Of a DNA stretch of 64,000 nucleotides, positions 45,040-58,494 are shown piece by piece. Under the pieces are notes generated by a model that was not told the DNA's origin, ran no database searches, and was given only the letters and a program-made list of their open reading frames with translations. Every line of letters begins with the position of its first letter. Within the stretch, counting starts at the first letter, position 1. This stretch comes from Spirochaetia bacterium. Lineage in GTDB: Bacteria; Spirochaetota; Spirochaetia; SZUA-6; Bin103. A program made the translations under genes and the position numbers. The stretch lies in assembly GCA_965203055.1 (NCBI GenBank), contig OZ241863.1, positions 3,136,001 through 3,200,000 on the forward strand. Reading direction: 5' to 3'.

Positions 45040-46242
45040 TCAGCGGGTATCGGCGAGCGCGGCGGTGGCGCCGCTGACGTCGAGCAGATAGAGCTGCCGC
45101 CCGCCGGCGTGGGCGGAATCGATGGTTACCAGCCGGGCGCCGGGATCGGAGCGCGGGTGCAGGTCGCAACGCAAGTCGTCCCGGTAGGCCGGCGGGGCGT
45201 GAAACCGGCCCAGTTCGACCCGCGCGCCGCTCGGCGCGTGGTACAGATATAGCTCCTGCATGCGGCTCCCTTCCCGCGGATAGCAGTCGTTGAGGATCCA
45301 GTCGCGGTCGCCCAGATAGGTGCAGTGGCCGTTCAGCGCCATCGCCTGCTTGCCGATCACCTCCACGTGATCGCTCCGGTCGCGGTACAGGTAGAACGCA
45401 TCCCGGTGGGAGGGCTGCCACGACCAGGCCAGGATCGTCTCGGGATCACGCCAGATGAAATGCGACATGTGGCCGTAGTCGTCCACCACGTGCAGGTCGG
45501 AGCCGTCCGCGGCCGCGGTGAACATGCGCGTGCGCATGCCGCGGCCGCCGGCGCGCCAGCGGTGCAGGAAGATGAAGCGCGTTCCGTCCGGGCTGAACAG
45601 CAGGTGGTTGAAGTAGTGCTTTGCCTGCGAGAAGTCACCGTGCGGCCAGGGCACCGCCGCGGCCTGGGCCACGGAGACGAGCTGGCGGACGGCGCCGGTG
45701 CGCAGGTCCACGCGGTAGATGCCCGACTCCTCGGGGGCCAACTGGTCGCGGCAGGGGTCGGGAATGCCCTCGTAGCCGTAGCCGGGGCGCATTTCCCCGA
45801 GGCGGCGGAAATCGGTGCCGATGGCCGAGCGGCCGTCCGGCGCCAGGGCGTAGACCGGCGCGGGCAGGGTGCGGCTGGCGCCGGTCGCAGTATCGGTGAT
45901 GCGCGCGGCGTAGCGGTCGCCGGCGCGTTCGTTCCAGATTACCTCGCTGGCCGATCCGGGGATCCACTGCAGCATGCACCCTTGCTGCCAGCACCAGGCG
46001 CTGGTCGCGCCGATGGTGCGCCACGCGTCGCCCCCTTCCAGATCGATCATGCCGATACGTATTTCGTCGTCCGGGCGCGGCGCGCGCTGCTCGAAGTCGA
46101 CGCCCATGGCCAGCGCGTAGCGCGAAGTGGGATCGAACTGCAGCTTGTCGTAGTAGCCGAACCAGTGGTAGCCGGGACCCTTGGTGATGGCCCGGATCGG
46201 AACCGGTGCGCCTTCCGGTCGGCGAAGGTCCTCCGCATTCAT
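45040..46242 (-). CDS. Beta-propeller protein (TolB/oligogalacturonate lyase-like)
   Basis: HWFGYYDK, AWCWQQGCMLQW, HYFNHLLFSPDG.RF.FLHRW, GHCTY, RCDLHPR; start at ATG 46242. Confidence 0.75.
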   Translation of the reverse strand: MNAEDLRRPEGAPVPIRAITKGPGYHWFGYYDKLQFDPTSRYALAMGVDFEQRAPRPDDEIRIGMIDLEGGDAWRTIGATSAWCWQQGCMLQWIPGSASEVIWNERAGDRYAARITDTATGASRTLPAPVYALAPDGRSAIGTDFRRLGEMRPGYGYEGIPDPCRDQLAPEESGIYRVDLRTGAVRQLVSVAQAAAVPWPHGDFSQAKHYFNHLLFSPDGTRFIFLHRWRAGGRGMRTRMFTAAADGSDLHVVDDYGHMSHFIWRDPETILAWSWQPSHRDAFYLYRDRSDHVEVIGKQAMALNGHCTYLGDRDWILNDCYPREGSRMQELYLYHAPSGARVELGRFHAPPAYRDDLRCDLHPRSDPGARLVTIDSAHAGGRQLYLLDVSGATAALADTR

Positions 46243-46374
46243 GCCGATCAGCCTGATGGCCGGCGCACCCCGCGTCAAGCGGCGGCCCTGCGGCCAGGTT
46301 GTTCGGGGCTGCCCGCCGTGCCCGCCCGCCGCCCGCCGTTTGACCGCGCGCCGTGCCGCAGGTAGCATGCCGCG

Positions 46375-46812
46375 GTGGCAGTGGCCGGTCGCCAGTTCGA
46401 CGTTGCGGGCAGCGACGTTCGCGGCAAGATTCGCTCCGCGAGCTGCCGGCCGCAGCCCTATCTGGAGTGCGTCCGCCGGTACAACGCCGGCGAGCACTGG
46501 CAGGCCCACGAGGTGCTGGAAGATCTGTGGCGCGCCACCGGCGAACCGGAGCGGCGGCGCTTCTATCAGGGAATCATTCAGTTGGCCGCGGCCTTCGTGC
46601 ACGCCGAGCGCGGCAACCTGCGCGGGGTGCAGCGCCTGTTGGCCAAGGCGGACGCCAAGTTGGAAGGCGTATCGTCCCCCTGCCTGGGTCTCGACGTCGC
46701 GGCCTTGCGGCGCGCCATGGCCGCGGCCGGACGCGAGGCGCGGGCCGCGGCGGCAGACCCGCGGCGCGCGTTCGACTGGCGCTGCAAGCCGCGGCTGCTC
46801 CTGCGCCCCTGA
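46375..46812 (+). CDS. DUF309 family protein
   Basis: YNAGEHWQAHEVLEDLW...FYQGIIQLAAAFVH..RGN; start uncertain. Confidence 0.85.
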   Translation: MAVAGRQFDVAGSDVRGKIRSASCRPQPYLECVRRYNAGEHWQAHEVLEDLWRATGEPERRRFYQGIIQLAAAFVHAERGNLRGVQRLLAKADAKLEGVSSPCLGLDVAALRRAMAAAGREARAAAADPRRAFDWRCKPRLLLRP

Positions 46813-46829
46813 AGGCCGCGCGGACGTCA

Positions 46830-47786
46830 GTGATCGAACCGACGCTGGATGAGGTGCGCGCCGCAGCGCTGCGCATCGCGCCCTACGTGCACCGCACGCC
46901 GGTGTTTACCAGCTCCTTTCTGGATGCGGCGAGCGGCGCCCGGCTGTTCTTCAAGTGCGAGAACCTGCAGAAGGTTGGCGCATTCAAGATGCGCGGCGCG
47001 GCCAACTTCGTGCTGCGGCTCTCCCCGGCCGAGGCCGCGCGCGGCGTCGTGACGCACTCCTCCGGCAACCACGGCCAGGCGGTGGCGGCGGCGGCGCGGG
47101 CGCGCGGTGTGGCTGCGACCGTGGTCATGCCGCGCAGCTCGGCGGCGGTCAAACGGGCGGCCGTGGCCGGCTATGGGGCGCGGGTAGTGCTCTGCGCCGA
47201 CGGCGACCGGGCGCGCGCCGCGGCCGCGCAACGGATCGTGGAACGGGAGGGCGCCATCCTCATCCATCCCTACGGCCATCCCGACATCGTCGCGGGTCAG
47301 GGCACCCTGGCGCTGGAGCTCCTGGAGCAGGCCGCGCACCTGGACGCGGTGGTGGCGCCGGTCGGCGGCGGCGGCTGCCTGAGCGGGATCGGGCTGGCGG
47401 TACGCGGATTGCGCCCGCAGGCAGCGCTGTTCGGGGCCGAGCCGGAGCGCGCTGACGACGCCGCGCGCTCCCTGGCCGCCGGCCGCATCCTGCCGAGCGT
47501 GCAGCCGGACACGGTAGCCGACGGACTGCGCACCGCGCTGGCGCCGCTCACCTTCGCGCTCCTGCGCGCGCACGGCGTCCGGATTCTGACCGTCTCGGAG
47601 GAGCAGATCGTCGCCGCCATGCGCACCATCTGGATGCGCCTGAAGCTGGTGGTCGAGCCGTCCGCGGCGGCCGCCCTGGCGGCGGTGCTGGCCCACGGCG
47701 CGCTGTTCCGCGGCCGGCGCGTCGGGGTGGTGCTGACCGGCGGCAACGTCGACCTGGAGCGCCTGCCGTGGACCGCGCCCGCCTAG
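46830..47786 (+). CDS. PLP-dependent Ser/Thr dehydratase or serine racemase family protein
   Basis: FKCENLQKVGAFKMRGA, SSGNHGQ, PVGGGG, VEPS, TGGNVD; GTG start 46830. Confidence 0.92.
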   Translation: MIEPTLDEVRAAALRIAPYVHRTPVFTSSFLDAASGARLFFKCENLQKVGAFKMRGAANFVLRLSPAEAARGVVTHSSGNHGQAVAAAARARGVAATVVMPRSSAAVKRAAVAGYGARVVLCADGDRARAAAAQRIVEREGAILIHPYGHPDIVAGQGTLALELLEQAAHLDAVVAPVGGGGCLSGIGLAVRGLRPQAALFGAEPERADDAARSLAAGRILPSVQPDTVADGLRTALAPLTFALLRAHGVRILTVSEEQIVAAMRTIWMRLKLVVEPSAAAALAAVLAHGALFRGRRVGVVLTGGNVDLERLPWTAPA

Positions 47787-47802
47787 GTGGTCCGGCAAGC
47801 GG

Positions 47803-48825
47803 TCAGCGCAGTACCTCGGTCGCCGCCTCCACGGGCGCGAAGTTGCTGCCCCGCACCTGCACGTAGACCTGAAACGGATTGCCGCCCGGCGCCTGCAGGT
47901 CGGATACCTCGTAGGTGAAGTTCTTTTCCGGGTCGAGGCGGAAGCGGCCGCTCCGGATCTGATCCCAGACCAGATCCGTGTCCGGCTTGCGCAGCGCCAC
48001 GTAGACGATGCCATTGCGCGCCGGCTGCGAGCCCAGGTTCTTGACCAGCACCGTCACGTTGGCGGTGACCTCGTCGGCGCCGTCCGGTTGCCCGTACTTG
48101 GCGGTGAATTCCAGGGTCATTACGGGCCGCTCGACGATCGGCCTGATCTCCGCGGGGATGCCCTGGTAGCTCGGCGGTACCACTCCCGGGTCCCAGTTCT
48201 CGCCGGTGGTCTCCAGGTAGCAGTAGCGCGTCAGATGATGCCGGTAGTAGGGTTGCCCGCGGGCGGGGCGGCACCGGAAGCCGACCGCGATGTGTCCGGG
48301 AAAGAGCAGCAGCGCGACGTCGTAGCCAAGCTCGTGGAGCATGGCGGAAGCGAGTATCGAAGTATCCTCGCAGTCGCCGCCGTTGTCGTAGAAGGTTTCA
48401 TAGGGGAACCTCGGATACTCGTCGAAGCCGGTCGTTACCTCGTCCGAGGTATAGGGCAGGTTCTGCACGAAGGAAACGATGAAATAGGGGAGCTCCTCGC
48501 GGCTCAATCCCTGCGCCGTGCCGTGGTCGGCCAGCTTCCTGGTGATTTCCTCGATGAACGGCTTGCTGTAGCGGTCGGAAGCGAATACGTCGTAGTCGCG
48601 CTGCCGCTCACGCTGCCGGAACACTTCGTAGGTGTCGGGATGCAGCTCGAACGCCAGATGGTAGGTGCTGCCGCGGTGCTGCCATTCGAAGTCGCGCGTC
48701 ACGCCGCGCTCGCCGCCCGCGCTCGGCGGAGCCGACGAGCAGCTTGCCAGGATGATCGACAATACCGCCGCCAGCGCGCCGGCCCGGCGCGCGCGCAGGC
48801 CCGCGGGAGCAGGTGCTGCTGCCAC
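47803..48825 (-). CDS. Transglutaminase-like cysteine protease fold lipoprotein
   Basis: Lipobox LASC; FVQNLPY, YPRFPYET...GDCED, GHIAVG, YLETT. Confidence 0.8.
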   Translation of the reverse strand: MAAAPAPAGLRARRAGALAAVLSIILASCSSAPPSAGGERGVTRDFEWQHRGSTYHLAFELHPDTYEVFRQRERQRDYDVFASDRYSKPFIEEITRKLADHGTAQGLSREELPYFIVSFVQNLPYTSDEVTTGFDEYPRFPYETFYDNGGDCEDTSILASAMLHELGYDVALLLFPGHIAVGFRCRPARGQPYYRHHLTRYCYLETTGENWDPGVVPPSYQGIPAEIRPIVERPVMTLEFTAKYGQPDGADEVTANVTVLVKNLGSQPARNGIVYVALRKPDTDLVWDQIRSGRFRLDPEKNFTYEVSDLQAPGGNPFQVYVQVRGSNFAPVEAATEVLR

Positions 48826-48915
48826 GCCGCAACCCTATCATGAGGCCGCGCGCCGGCGTCAGCGGCCTCGGCGCCGGTTGCTCAGGAGGGCGCCGCGCGT
48901 TAGCCTGAGCGGGCC

Positions 48916-51900
48916 GTGAGTACCATCATACGACCTTCGCCCGAACCGCCGGCGGCCGCCGCTTCCGGCTCCCGCGAGGCGGTCCAGAACGTGGCCGACT
49001 TCCTCGCGGACCTGGCGCCGCGGGTGACCGGAGACCTGCGCACCGACACCTACAGCCGGCTCCTGTACAGCACCGACGCCAGCATCTACCAGGTGATGCC
49101 GCACGCCGTCTTCATTCCGCGCCACGCGGAGGACGTGCAGGCCGCGGTCACCCTGGCGGCCGAGCGCGCCATCCCGATCGTGCCGCGCACCGCCGGCTCC
49201 AGCCTGGCGGGGCAGGCGATCGGCGAAGCGCTGATCATCGACTTTTCGCGCCATCTCGACGCGGTCCTGGAATTGAATGCCGAGGAGCGCTGGATACGGG
49301 TCCAGCCCGGCATCGTGCTGGACGAGCTCAACCTCTACCTGCAGCCCCACGGCCTGCAGTTCGGACCCGACCCGGCGAGCAGCAATCGCGCCGCCATGGG
49401 CGGCATCGTGGCCAACAACTCGACCGGCTCGCACTCCATCCTCTACGGCATGACCGCCGACCACGTACTGGAGTTGGAGACCTTCCTCAGCGACGGCAGC
49501 CCCGCCCATCTGGGGCCGGTGGCGGACGCTGCCCTGGACCAGTACCGCCGGCGCGCCGGGCTGGAGGGCCGCCTCTACCGCGGCGTCGACGAGCTGGCCC
49601 GCGCCAACGCCGACGCCATTCTCGCCGGCACTCCCCGGCATTGGCGGCGCTGCGGCGGCTACAACCTGGACCGCTTCGTGGACGGCGCCTCGTTTCGCCA
49701 CCCGCGCGATCCCCGCTTCAACCTGGCCAAGCTGGTGTGCGGCTCGGAGGGCACCCTGGCGGTGATGACCGAGTTGAAGCTGGGCGTGGTGGACCTGCCG
49801 GTGCGCACCGGGCTTGCGGTGGTGCACTTCAGCAGCCTGTACGAGGCGCTGTCTTCGGTGCCGGCGATGCTGGAGACCGGGCCGAGCGCCATCGAGCTGC
49901 TCGACAACCTCGGCCTGACCCTGTGCCGCGCGGTGCCGCAGTACGCGCGCCTGCTGTCCACCTTCATCGACGGCGAGCCCGACTGCGTGCTGATCACCGA
50001 GTTTCGCGGCGACACCGACGCCGAGCTGCGCGCGCGGGTGGACGATCTGCAGCGCCATCTGGCCCGGCAGGGCGTGAAGACGCGAACCGTGGCCGCCATC
50101 GAGCCGGCGTTGCAAAGCAACGTCTGGACCGTACGCAAGGTCGGGCTGGGGCTGATGATGAGCATCAAGGGCGACTACAAGCCGATCCCGTTCATCGAGG
50201 ACGCCGCGGTGCCGCCGCAGCACCTGGCCGATTACGTCACCGAGATCCAGCGCTTCTGCGGCGATATCGGCGTGGAGCGGGTGGCGATGTATGCCCATGC
50301 CAGCGCCGGTTGTCTGCACATCCGCCCGCTGATCAACGCCAAGCTGGCCGCCGACGTCGAGAAGCTGCCGCAGATCTCTTCGTTCGCGGTGGAGCTGCTC
50401 GGCCGTTACGGCGGCGCCTGGTCCAGCGAGCACGGCGACGGCCGCGCCCGCAGTTGGCTCAACGAGCAGTTCTTCGGGCGCGAGCTGTATCAGCTCTACC
50501 GGCAGGTGAAGGGTCTGTTCGATCCCGCCGGGATCCTCAATCCGGGGCAGGTGGTGGACGCCCCGCCCATGACCGAGGACTTGCGCTACGGCGCCGACTA
50601 CCGCGCTTCGCAGCGGCCCGAGCACGTCGACTTCAGCGCCGACCAGGGGTTCGACCGCGCGGTGGAGATGTGCAACGGCGCCGGAATCTGCCGCAAGAAG
50701 ACCGAGGGCACCATGTGCCCCAGCTTCATGGTGACCCGCGAGGAGGAGCACAGCACCCGCGGCCGGGCCAACCTGCTGCGCGCCGCCATGAGCGGGCAAC
50801 TGCCGGAGGAGGAGCTTACCGGCGAGCGGCTGTACGCGGCGATGGACTTGTGCATCGAGTGCAAGGCATGCAAGGCCGAGTGCCCGTCGTCGGTGGACAT
50901 GGCCAAGATCAAGTTCGAGTACTTGGCGCGCTACTACGAGGCCAACCCCGTACCGCGGCGGGTGCGCTTCTTCGCCGACATCGCCCGCGCCAGCCGGGCC
51001 GCCAGCGGCTGGCGCGCGCCGCTGTTCAACTCGCTGCTGGGAGCGGCGCCGGTGCGCTGGCTGCTGGAGCGGGCGCTGGGGATCAGCCGGCAGCGCACGC
51101 TGCCCCGCTTCGCGGCGCTCCCCTTCACCCGCTGGTTCGCCGCCCGCGCGCCGGCGGCGCCCGCCGCCGCGGCCAACGGCCACGCGCCGCCGCCGGCCGC
51201 CCGCGCCGCCGCCAACGGCAGTCCGGGCGTGGCCGCGCCGGGCAGCGGTCGGCGCAGCGTGGTGCTGTTCAACGACACCTTCAACACCTATAACGACCCT
51301 GAAGTGGCGATCGCCGCCACCGAAGTGCTGGAGGCGGCCGGCTATCGGGTGGTGTTGCCCGGCCACTGGTGTTGCGGGCGCCCGATGGTGTCCAAGGGCT
51401 TGGTGGAGCAAGCCCGCGCCGCGGCCCGCGACACCGTGGACAAGCTGCATCCGCTGGTCGCGCAGGGGATGCCGGTGGTGGGGCTGGAGCCGAGCTGCAT
51501 TCTCACCCTGAAGGATGAGTACCTGTCGCTGCTGCCCGACGATCCCCGGGCGCGGGCGGTCGCCGGCGCGGTCGTGACCTTCGAGGAGTTCGTTGCCGCG
51601 GAGGCCGAAGCGGGCCGCTTCGCGTTGCAGTTCCGCCCGCAGACCGGGCGCGTGTTGCTGCACGGTCACTGCCATCAGAAGGCGCTGGTCGGCACCGGCC
51701 CGAGCCGCCGGACGCTGGAACTGGCCGGCTTCGCCGTGGAGGAGGTCGACTCCGGCTGCTGCGGCATGGCGGGGTCCTTCGGCTACGAGGCCGAGCATCT
51801 CGAAGTGTCGCTGGCGATGGCCGAGCGCCGCCTGCTGCCCGCGGTCCGCGAGGCCGGCGCCGGCACCGAAATCGCCGCCGCCGGCACCAGTTGCCGCGCC

Positions 51901-51978
51901 CAGATCGCCCACGGCTGCGCCCGCAAGGCCCTGCATCCGGCGCAGCTCCTCCGCGCCGCCCTGCAGTCAGCCCAATGA
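48916..51978 (+). CDS. FAD-linked, Fe-S-containing oxidoreductase (YdiJ/GlcD-GlcF fusion type)
   Basis: YSTDASIY, GSEGTL, HASAGCLH, EHGDG, CNGAGIC, CIECKACKAEC, CCG motifs. Confidence 0.93.
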   Translation: MSTIIRPSPEPPAAAASGSREAVQNVADFLADLAPRVTGDLRTDTYSRLLYSTDASIYQVMPHAVFIPRHAEDVQAAVTLAAERAIPIVPRTAGSSLAGQAIGEALIIDFSRHLDAVLELNAEERWIRVQPGIVLDELNLYLQPHGLQFGPDPASSNRAAMGGIVANNSTGSHSILYGMTADHVLELETFLSDGSPAHLGPVADAALDQYRRRAGLEGRLYRGVDELARANADAILAGTPRHWRRCGGYNLDRFVDGASFRHPRDPRFNLAKLVCGSEGTLAVMTELKLGVVDLPVRTGLAVVHFSSLYEALSSVPAMLETGPSAIELLDNLGLTLCRAVPQYARLLSTFIDGEPDCVLITEFRGDTDAELRARVDDLQRHLARQGVKTRTVAAIEPALQSNVWTVRKVGLGLMMSIKGDYKPIPFIEDAAVPPQHLADYVTEIQRFCGDIGVERVAMYAHASAGCLHIRPLINAKLAADVEKLPQISSFAVELLGRYGGAWSSEHGDGRARSWLNEQFFGRELYQLYRQVKGLFDPAGILNPGQVVDAPPMTEDLRYGADYRASQRPEHVDFSADQGFDRAVEMCNGAGICRKKTEGTMCPSFMVTREEEHSTRGRANLLRAAMSGQLPEEELTGERLYAAMDLCIECKACKAECPSSVDMAKIKFEYLARYYEANPVPRRVRFFADIARASRAASGWRAPLFNSLLGAAPVRWLLERALGISRQRTLPRFAALPFTRWFAARAPAAPAAAANGHAPPPAARAAANGSPGVAAPGSGRRSVVLFNDTFNTYNDPEVAIAATEVLEAAGYRVVLPGHWCCGRPMVSKGLVEQARAAARDTVDKLHPLVAQGMPVVGLEPSCILTLKDEYLSLLPDDPRARAVAGAVVTFEEFVAAEAEAGRFALQFRPQTGRVLLHGHCHQKALVGTGPSRRTLELAGFAVEEVDSGCCGMAGSFGYEAEHLEVSLAMAERRLLPAVREAGAGTEIAAAGTSCRAQIAHGCARKALHPAQLLRAALQSAQ

Positions 51979-51991
51979 GTCCCGCTCCGGT

Positions 51992-54025
51992 ATGATCGAT
52001 AAGCGGCCGGCAACAATCGGGCAGCGCACGCGCTTTCGCGCCGACGACTTCACGTTGTTGCTGGCCGCCCTTTCGGCGCTGGGCGTCGTCCTGGTGCTGG
52101 CGCGGCAGATCGTCTACGGCGCAGGATTGGCCGGGGACTCATTGGAGTACCTGGCTATCGCCGGAAACGTGCTGGCCGGCGAAGGCTTGACCTACCTGAC
52201 CGGTGCGCCTGCGACGTTGTGGCCCCCGCTCTATCCGCTGCTGTTGGCCGGCGCCACGCTGGGCATCGTCGCCCCGCTCGACGTCGCCGGTCCCCTCAAC
52301 GCCGTCATCTTCGGGCTCACCATATTCGCCGTGGGCCACTACCTGCGCAAACGCCTAGCGGCCCGCTTCCCGGTGGTATGGGTCTGCATAGCGATAGCCC
52401 TGTCGATTCCCTTGGCCGATCTGGCGTCCTGGGCGATGGCCGGCCCTGCCTTCATGCTGTTGGCAACCGCCGCGCTCATCCGCGCCGACACGTTCCTGGT
52501 CGAGGGCAGGACGTCGTCTCTGGTCTGGGCGGGCGTGTTCAGCGCCCTGGCATGGCAGACCCGATACCTAGGCATAGCCGTGCCGGTGGTCGTGGGGCTG
52601 ACGCTCTGCTTCCAATCGGGCGCATCGCTGCGGCAGCGGGTACGACGTTGCGCCGGCTTCTCGCTGCTCGCCGGTGCGCCCATGGCGCTCTGGCTGGTGC
52701 GCAATTACCTGATCGCCGGGGTTATGACCGGACACGATTGGCCGATCGAATACCGTTTGCCGGCGATTCTGGGCGACATTGGCGAGGGTCTGTGGAGCTG
52801 GTTGGCATTCGACCTGCCGTTGTTCTACCGGCTGTCGAGCGAAGCCCCGGCGCTCTCGACCGCAGCGGGATTCGGATTGCTGTTGGCTGCGGCGGCGGTG
52901 GCGGCGAGCGTGATCGCGCGGCAGAAACACCTGCCCTGCTGTCTGTTCGGCGGCTTCGCGCTCACGTATCTCCTGTTGCTGGTCGCCGCGCTTGCGCAGG
53001 GGCGTACCCAATATGGATTCGAGGCGAGATACTTGACTCCACTGTATATTCCGCTGCTGGTCGTCGCCGCGGCCGGGCTGGACCGGATTCTCAGCGGCGC
53101 ACGCAAGCGGACGAGTGTCCCGTCCGCCATCCTGATGCTCTGCCTCTCCCTCGGGGGCGTGGGCCAGACTGCGGCCAACGTCTACCATATCAGGCGAGCC
53201 AACGCCGATCACTTCCACATCGGCTTCAACCGGCAACCCTGGTCTGATTCCGAGACGTTGCGCTACCTCCGAGCCAATCCTCTGGTCGGCGAAGTGCACA
53301 GCAACATGCCCCACATGGTGTTTCTCCAGTACTCTTACCCCCCCTCGGGGGACCGGCGGGATCTCGACCTTGGAAGAGTGGAATATCGGGAGTTACCTAG
53401 AAGCAGGACCGGGGGGTACGTCATCGACCGGCCCCCCGAGTCCGGCCGCGGGCGGGAGCAGTTGGCAGGGTGGCTTGCCGGGATTGTGGACGGAACCTGG
53501 GTGGTCTGGTTCGAGGACCAGGCGACCAACGACCTCTTCGACTACGGCGCCGCCCTGTTGCGGACCTCATCCGCCTTGGAGCCGGTGGCGGAGCTGGCCG
53601 ACGGCGCCGTCTTCAAGGTGAACCGGAACTACGCGGTCCGTTCGGACCCGTATCGGTCGACGTATGAATCGATCGCCGGCGGCAGTCACGGCGCGCCGGC
53701 AGCGCGCTCGGTCTTCGACGTCTACTTTGCCGGGAACACGCTGACGTACCTCAAGGAGCCGTGCGCTGCCGGCGACGTACGGCCGCGGTTCTTCCTGCAC
53801 GTCGTCCCGGAAGACTCAGCCGATCTTCTTGCCGGCGGCAATACGGCTGAAAGGCCAACCTTCGACAACCTTGACTTCAGCTTCCCGGACCGCGGCGTCA
53901 TCCTGAACGGGAAATGCTTGGCGGTGGTAACGCTGCCCAACTACCGAATCAGCCACGTCAGGACCGGGCAGTACGTGGCGGGGGAAGGTCATGTCTGGGA
54001 TGAGACCTTCTCCCCGCCCGACTGA
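51992..54025 (+). CDS. Polytopic membrane protein, GT-C (PMT-like) glycosyltransferase with extracytoplasmic C-terminal domain
   Basis: DSLEY, WPPLYPLLL, TRYLG, RYLTP plus many TM segments; C-terminal FFLHV.P...FDNLDF...RTGQY. Confidence 0.65.
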   Translation: MIDKRPATIGQRTRFRADDFTLLLAALSALGVVLVLARQIVYGAGLAGDSLEYLAIAGNVLAGEGLTYLTGAPATLWPPLYPLLLAGATLGIVAPLDVAGPLNAVIFGLTIFAVGHYLRKRLAARFPVVWVCIAIALSIPLADLASWAMAGPAFMLLATAALIRADTFLVEGRTSSLVWAGVFSALAWQTRYLGIAVPVVVGLTLCFQSGASLRQRVRRCAGFSLLAGAPMALWLVRNYLIAGVMTGHDWPIEYRLPAILGDIGEGLWSWLAFDLPLFYRLSSEAPALSTAAGFGLLLAAAAVAASVIARQKHLPCCLFGGFALTYLLLLVAALAQGRTQYGFEARYLTPLYIPLLVVAAAGLDRILSGARKRTSVPSAILMLCLSLGGVGQTAANVYHIRRANADHFHIGFNRQPWSDSETLRYLRANPLVGEVHSNMPHMVFLQYSYPPSGDRRDLDLGRVEYRELPRSRTGGYVIDRPPESGRGREQLAGWLAGIVDGTWVVWFEDQATNDLFDYGAALLRTSSALEPVAELADGAVFKVNRNYAVRSDPYRSTYESIAGGSHGAPAARSVFDVYFAGNTLTYLKEPCAAGDVRPRFFLHVVPEDSADLLAGGNTAERPTFDNLDFSFPDRGVILNGKCLAVVTLPNYRISHVRTGQYVAGEGHVWDETFSPPD

Positions 54026-54114
54026 GCGCCGGCTCCGGATGGCGGAATCCCCACGTGCGTTCTACGAACCGGCGGCGGCCAGCTCCAGGTATCGTGCCGG
54101 TGTGAGGCTGGTGT

Positions 54115-54804
54115 TCAGGTGGGGAGCAGGAAGGCGCGGCCGAAGCCGCGGACCAAGTGGCTGGCCAGCCAGCGGCCGGTGCCGTCGCGCGGGGCGCCGC
54201 GCTGGCGCATGGCGGCGTTCGGGGGGATTGCGTCGGGATGGAGCAGGTTCATCTGCTCGATCACGACGCCGCGGCGGACGTGGTTGTGGACGTAGCTGAT
54301 AGTGCCGTCGCCGCTGGTCGCGGTGACCATGGCCAAGTGGGTGAGCTCGTCGTTCCAGCGCCGGTCGCCGTTGCGGTCGAAGGTGTTGTCGAAGAACACC
54401 AGGTCGCCGGGGGCCGGGAGCAGGCGCGGGTCGGCGGGGTAGTACAGCCCGTGGGCAACGACCATCTGATAGATGCGCGCCACGCCGCTGCCGGTGTAGT
54501 CGACGAAGCGCCGCCCGAGGTTGACACCCGATGCCGCATAGATCGCCAGGACCGTCCCGGAGCAGTCGAAGTTGTAGCGCGTCCCGCCCACGTACAGTTG
54601 GTCCGCGCCGATGAAGTCGTGCGCCGCCGCTACCAGTTGCCGCTGGCGCTCGTCGCCTCCGGCAACCTCCGGGCCGACCTCGGACGGCGGCAGCAGGGCC
54701 GGTCGCATGGCCGCGGGAGTGGAGCCGCAGGCGCCCAGCGCGCCGGCCGCGGCCACTACCGCCAGGATCAGCTTCCATCGGTGCTTCGCATCCCTACAGA
54801 CCAT
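54115..54804 (-). CDS. NlpC/P60 (CHAP-like) lipoprotein peptidase
   Basis: Lipobox LGAC; FDCSG, PGDLVFF, THLAMV. Confidence 0.85.
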   Translation of the reverse strand: MVCRDAKHRWKLILAVVAAAGALGACGSTPAAMRPALLPPSEVGPEVAGGDERQRQLVAAAHDFIGADQLYVGGTRYNFDCSGTVLAIYAASGVNLGRRFVDYTGSGVARIYQMVVAHGLYYPADPRLLPAPGDLVFFDNTFDRNGDRRWNDELTHLAMVTATSGDGTISYVHNHVRRGVVIEQMNLLHPDAIPPNAAMRQRGAPRDGTGRWLASHLVRGFGRAFLLPT

Positions 54805-54947
54805 CGATTACTCCGCCTAATAACCATCGGCAGATCCGCAGCGACGTTGAATCCGCCTGGCCCTCCGGCGGGTCACGTAACGTCGCCCGCTGGACGCTGG
54901 CTGCCGTGGGCGCTTACGCTGGGCGCGGGAGGTAGCCACTGTCTGTC

Positions 54948-57665
<2,718 letters not shown>

Positions 57666-57678
57666 CAGGAGAACACTG

Positions 57679-58437
57679 ATGACCTTCGTTCGTTTTGCCC
57701 GTGAGGATGAGAGCGTTTCCTACGGCCTGCTCGCCGGCGAGGAGATCCAACCGCTCAGCGGCTCCCCCTTCGGGAGCTGGTCGGAGCAGGGGGCGCCGCT
57801 GGCGGTGAGCGCCGTGCGCCTGCTGGCGCCGGTGGAGCCGAGCAAGGGACTGGCGCTGGCAAGCAACTTCCGCGATCACCTGCACGGGACGCCCGAACCG
57901 ACCCAGCCGGAACCGTTCTGGAAGGCGCCCAACGCCTTCATCGGCCCCGGCGAGACCATCCTGCTGCCCCCCGGGGTGGCGCGCGTCGATGCCGAAGGCG
58001 AAGCCGTAGCGGTGATCGGGAGCTGGTGCAGCCGGGTTTCGGAGCAGGAGGCGTTGAGCCACGTCCTGGGCTACACCTGCGGCAACGACGTCAGCGGCCG
58101 CCCCTGGCAGAGCGGCGACAACCAGTGGTGGCGCGCCAAGTCGGCCGACACCTTCGGCCCGATTGGCCCAGCCGTCGTAACCGATCTGGAAGCGGCCGGC
58201 CTGGAGGTGATAACCCGCATCAACGGCGCCGAGGTGCAGCGCTGCAGCCTCGCCGACATGATCTACGACTTCGCCACGACCATCTCCTTCATCAGCCAGG
58301 CCGTCACCCTGCAGCCCGGCGACGTGATTTTTTCCGGCACCTCCGGCTCCCCGGCGCAGCTCCACGACGGCGATACCTGCGAGGTGGAAATTCCCGGCGT
58401 GGGCGTGCTCGGCAACCCGGTAAAGCTGCGTACCTGA
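57679..58437 (+). CDS. Fumarylacetoacetate hydrolase family protein
   Basis: AGGAG SD, ATG 57679; EGE, GYTCGNDVS, KSADTFGPIGP, TLQPGDVIFSGT. Confidence 0.92.
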   Translation: MTFVRFAREDESVSYGLLAGEEIQPLSGSPFGSWSEQGAPLAVSAVRLLAPVEPSKGLALASNFRDHLHGTPEPTQPEPFWKAPNAFIGPGETILLPPGVARVDAEGEAVAVIGSWCSRVSEQEALSHVLGYTCGNDVSGRPWQSGDNQWWRAKSADTFGPIGPAVVTDLEAAGLEVITRINGAEVQRCSLADMIYDFATTISFISQAVTLQPGDVIFSGTSGSPAQLHDGDTCEVEIPGVGVLGNPVKLRT

Positions 58438-58494
58438 AGTAGCTGAGCAACCTGCCGGAGCGCGCCGGCTGCGCCGGTGGTGAACCCGCCCGCT

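Noticed and set aside
51150..51250. Duplicated AAANG Ala/Pro-rich insert in the FAD/Fe-S oxidoreductase
   Set aside because: Ordinary low-complexity linker expansion.
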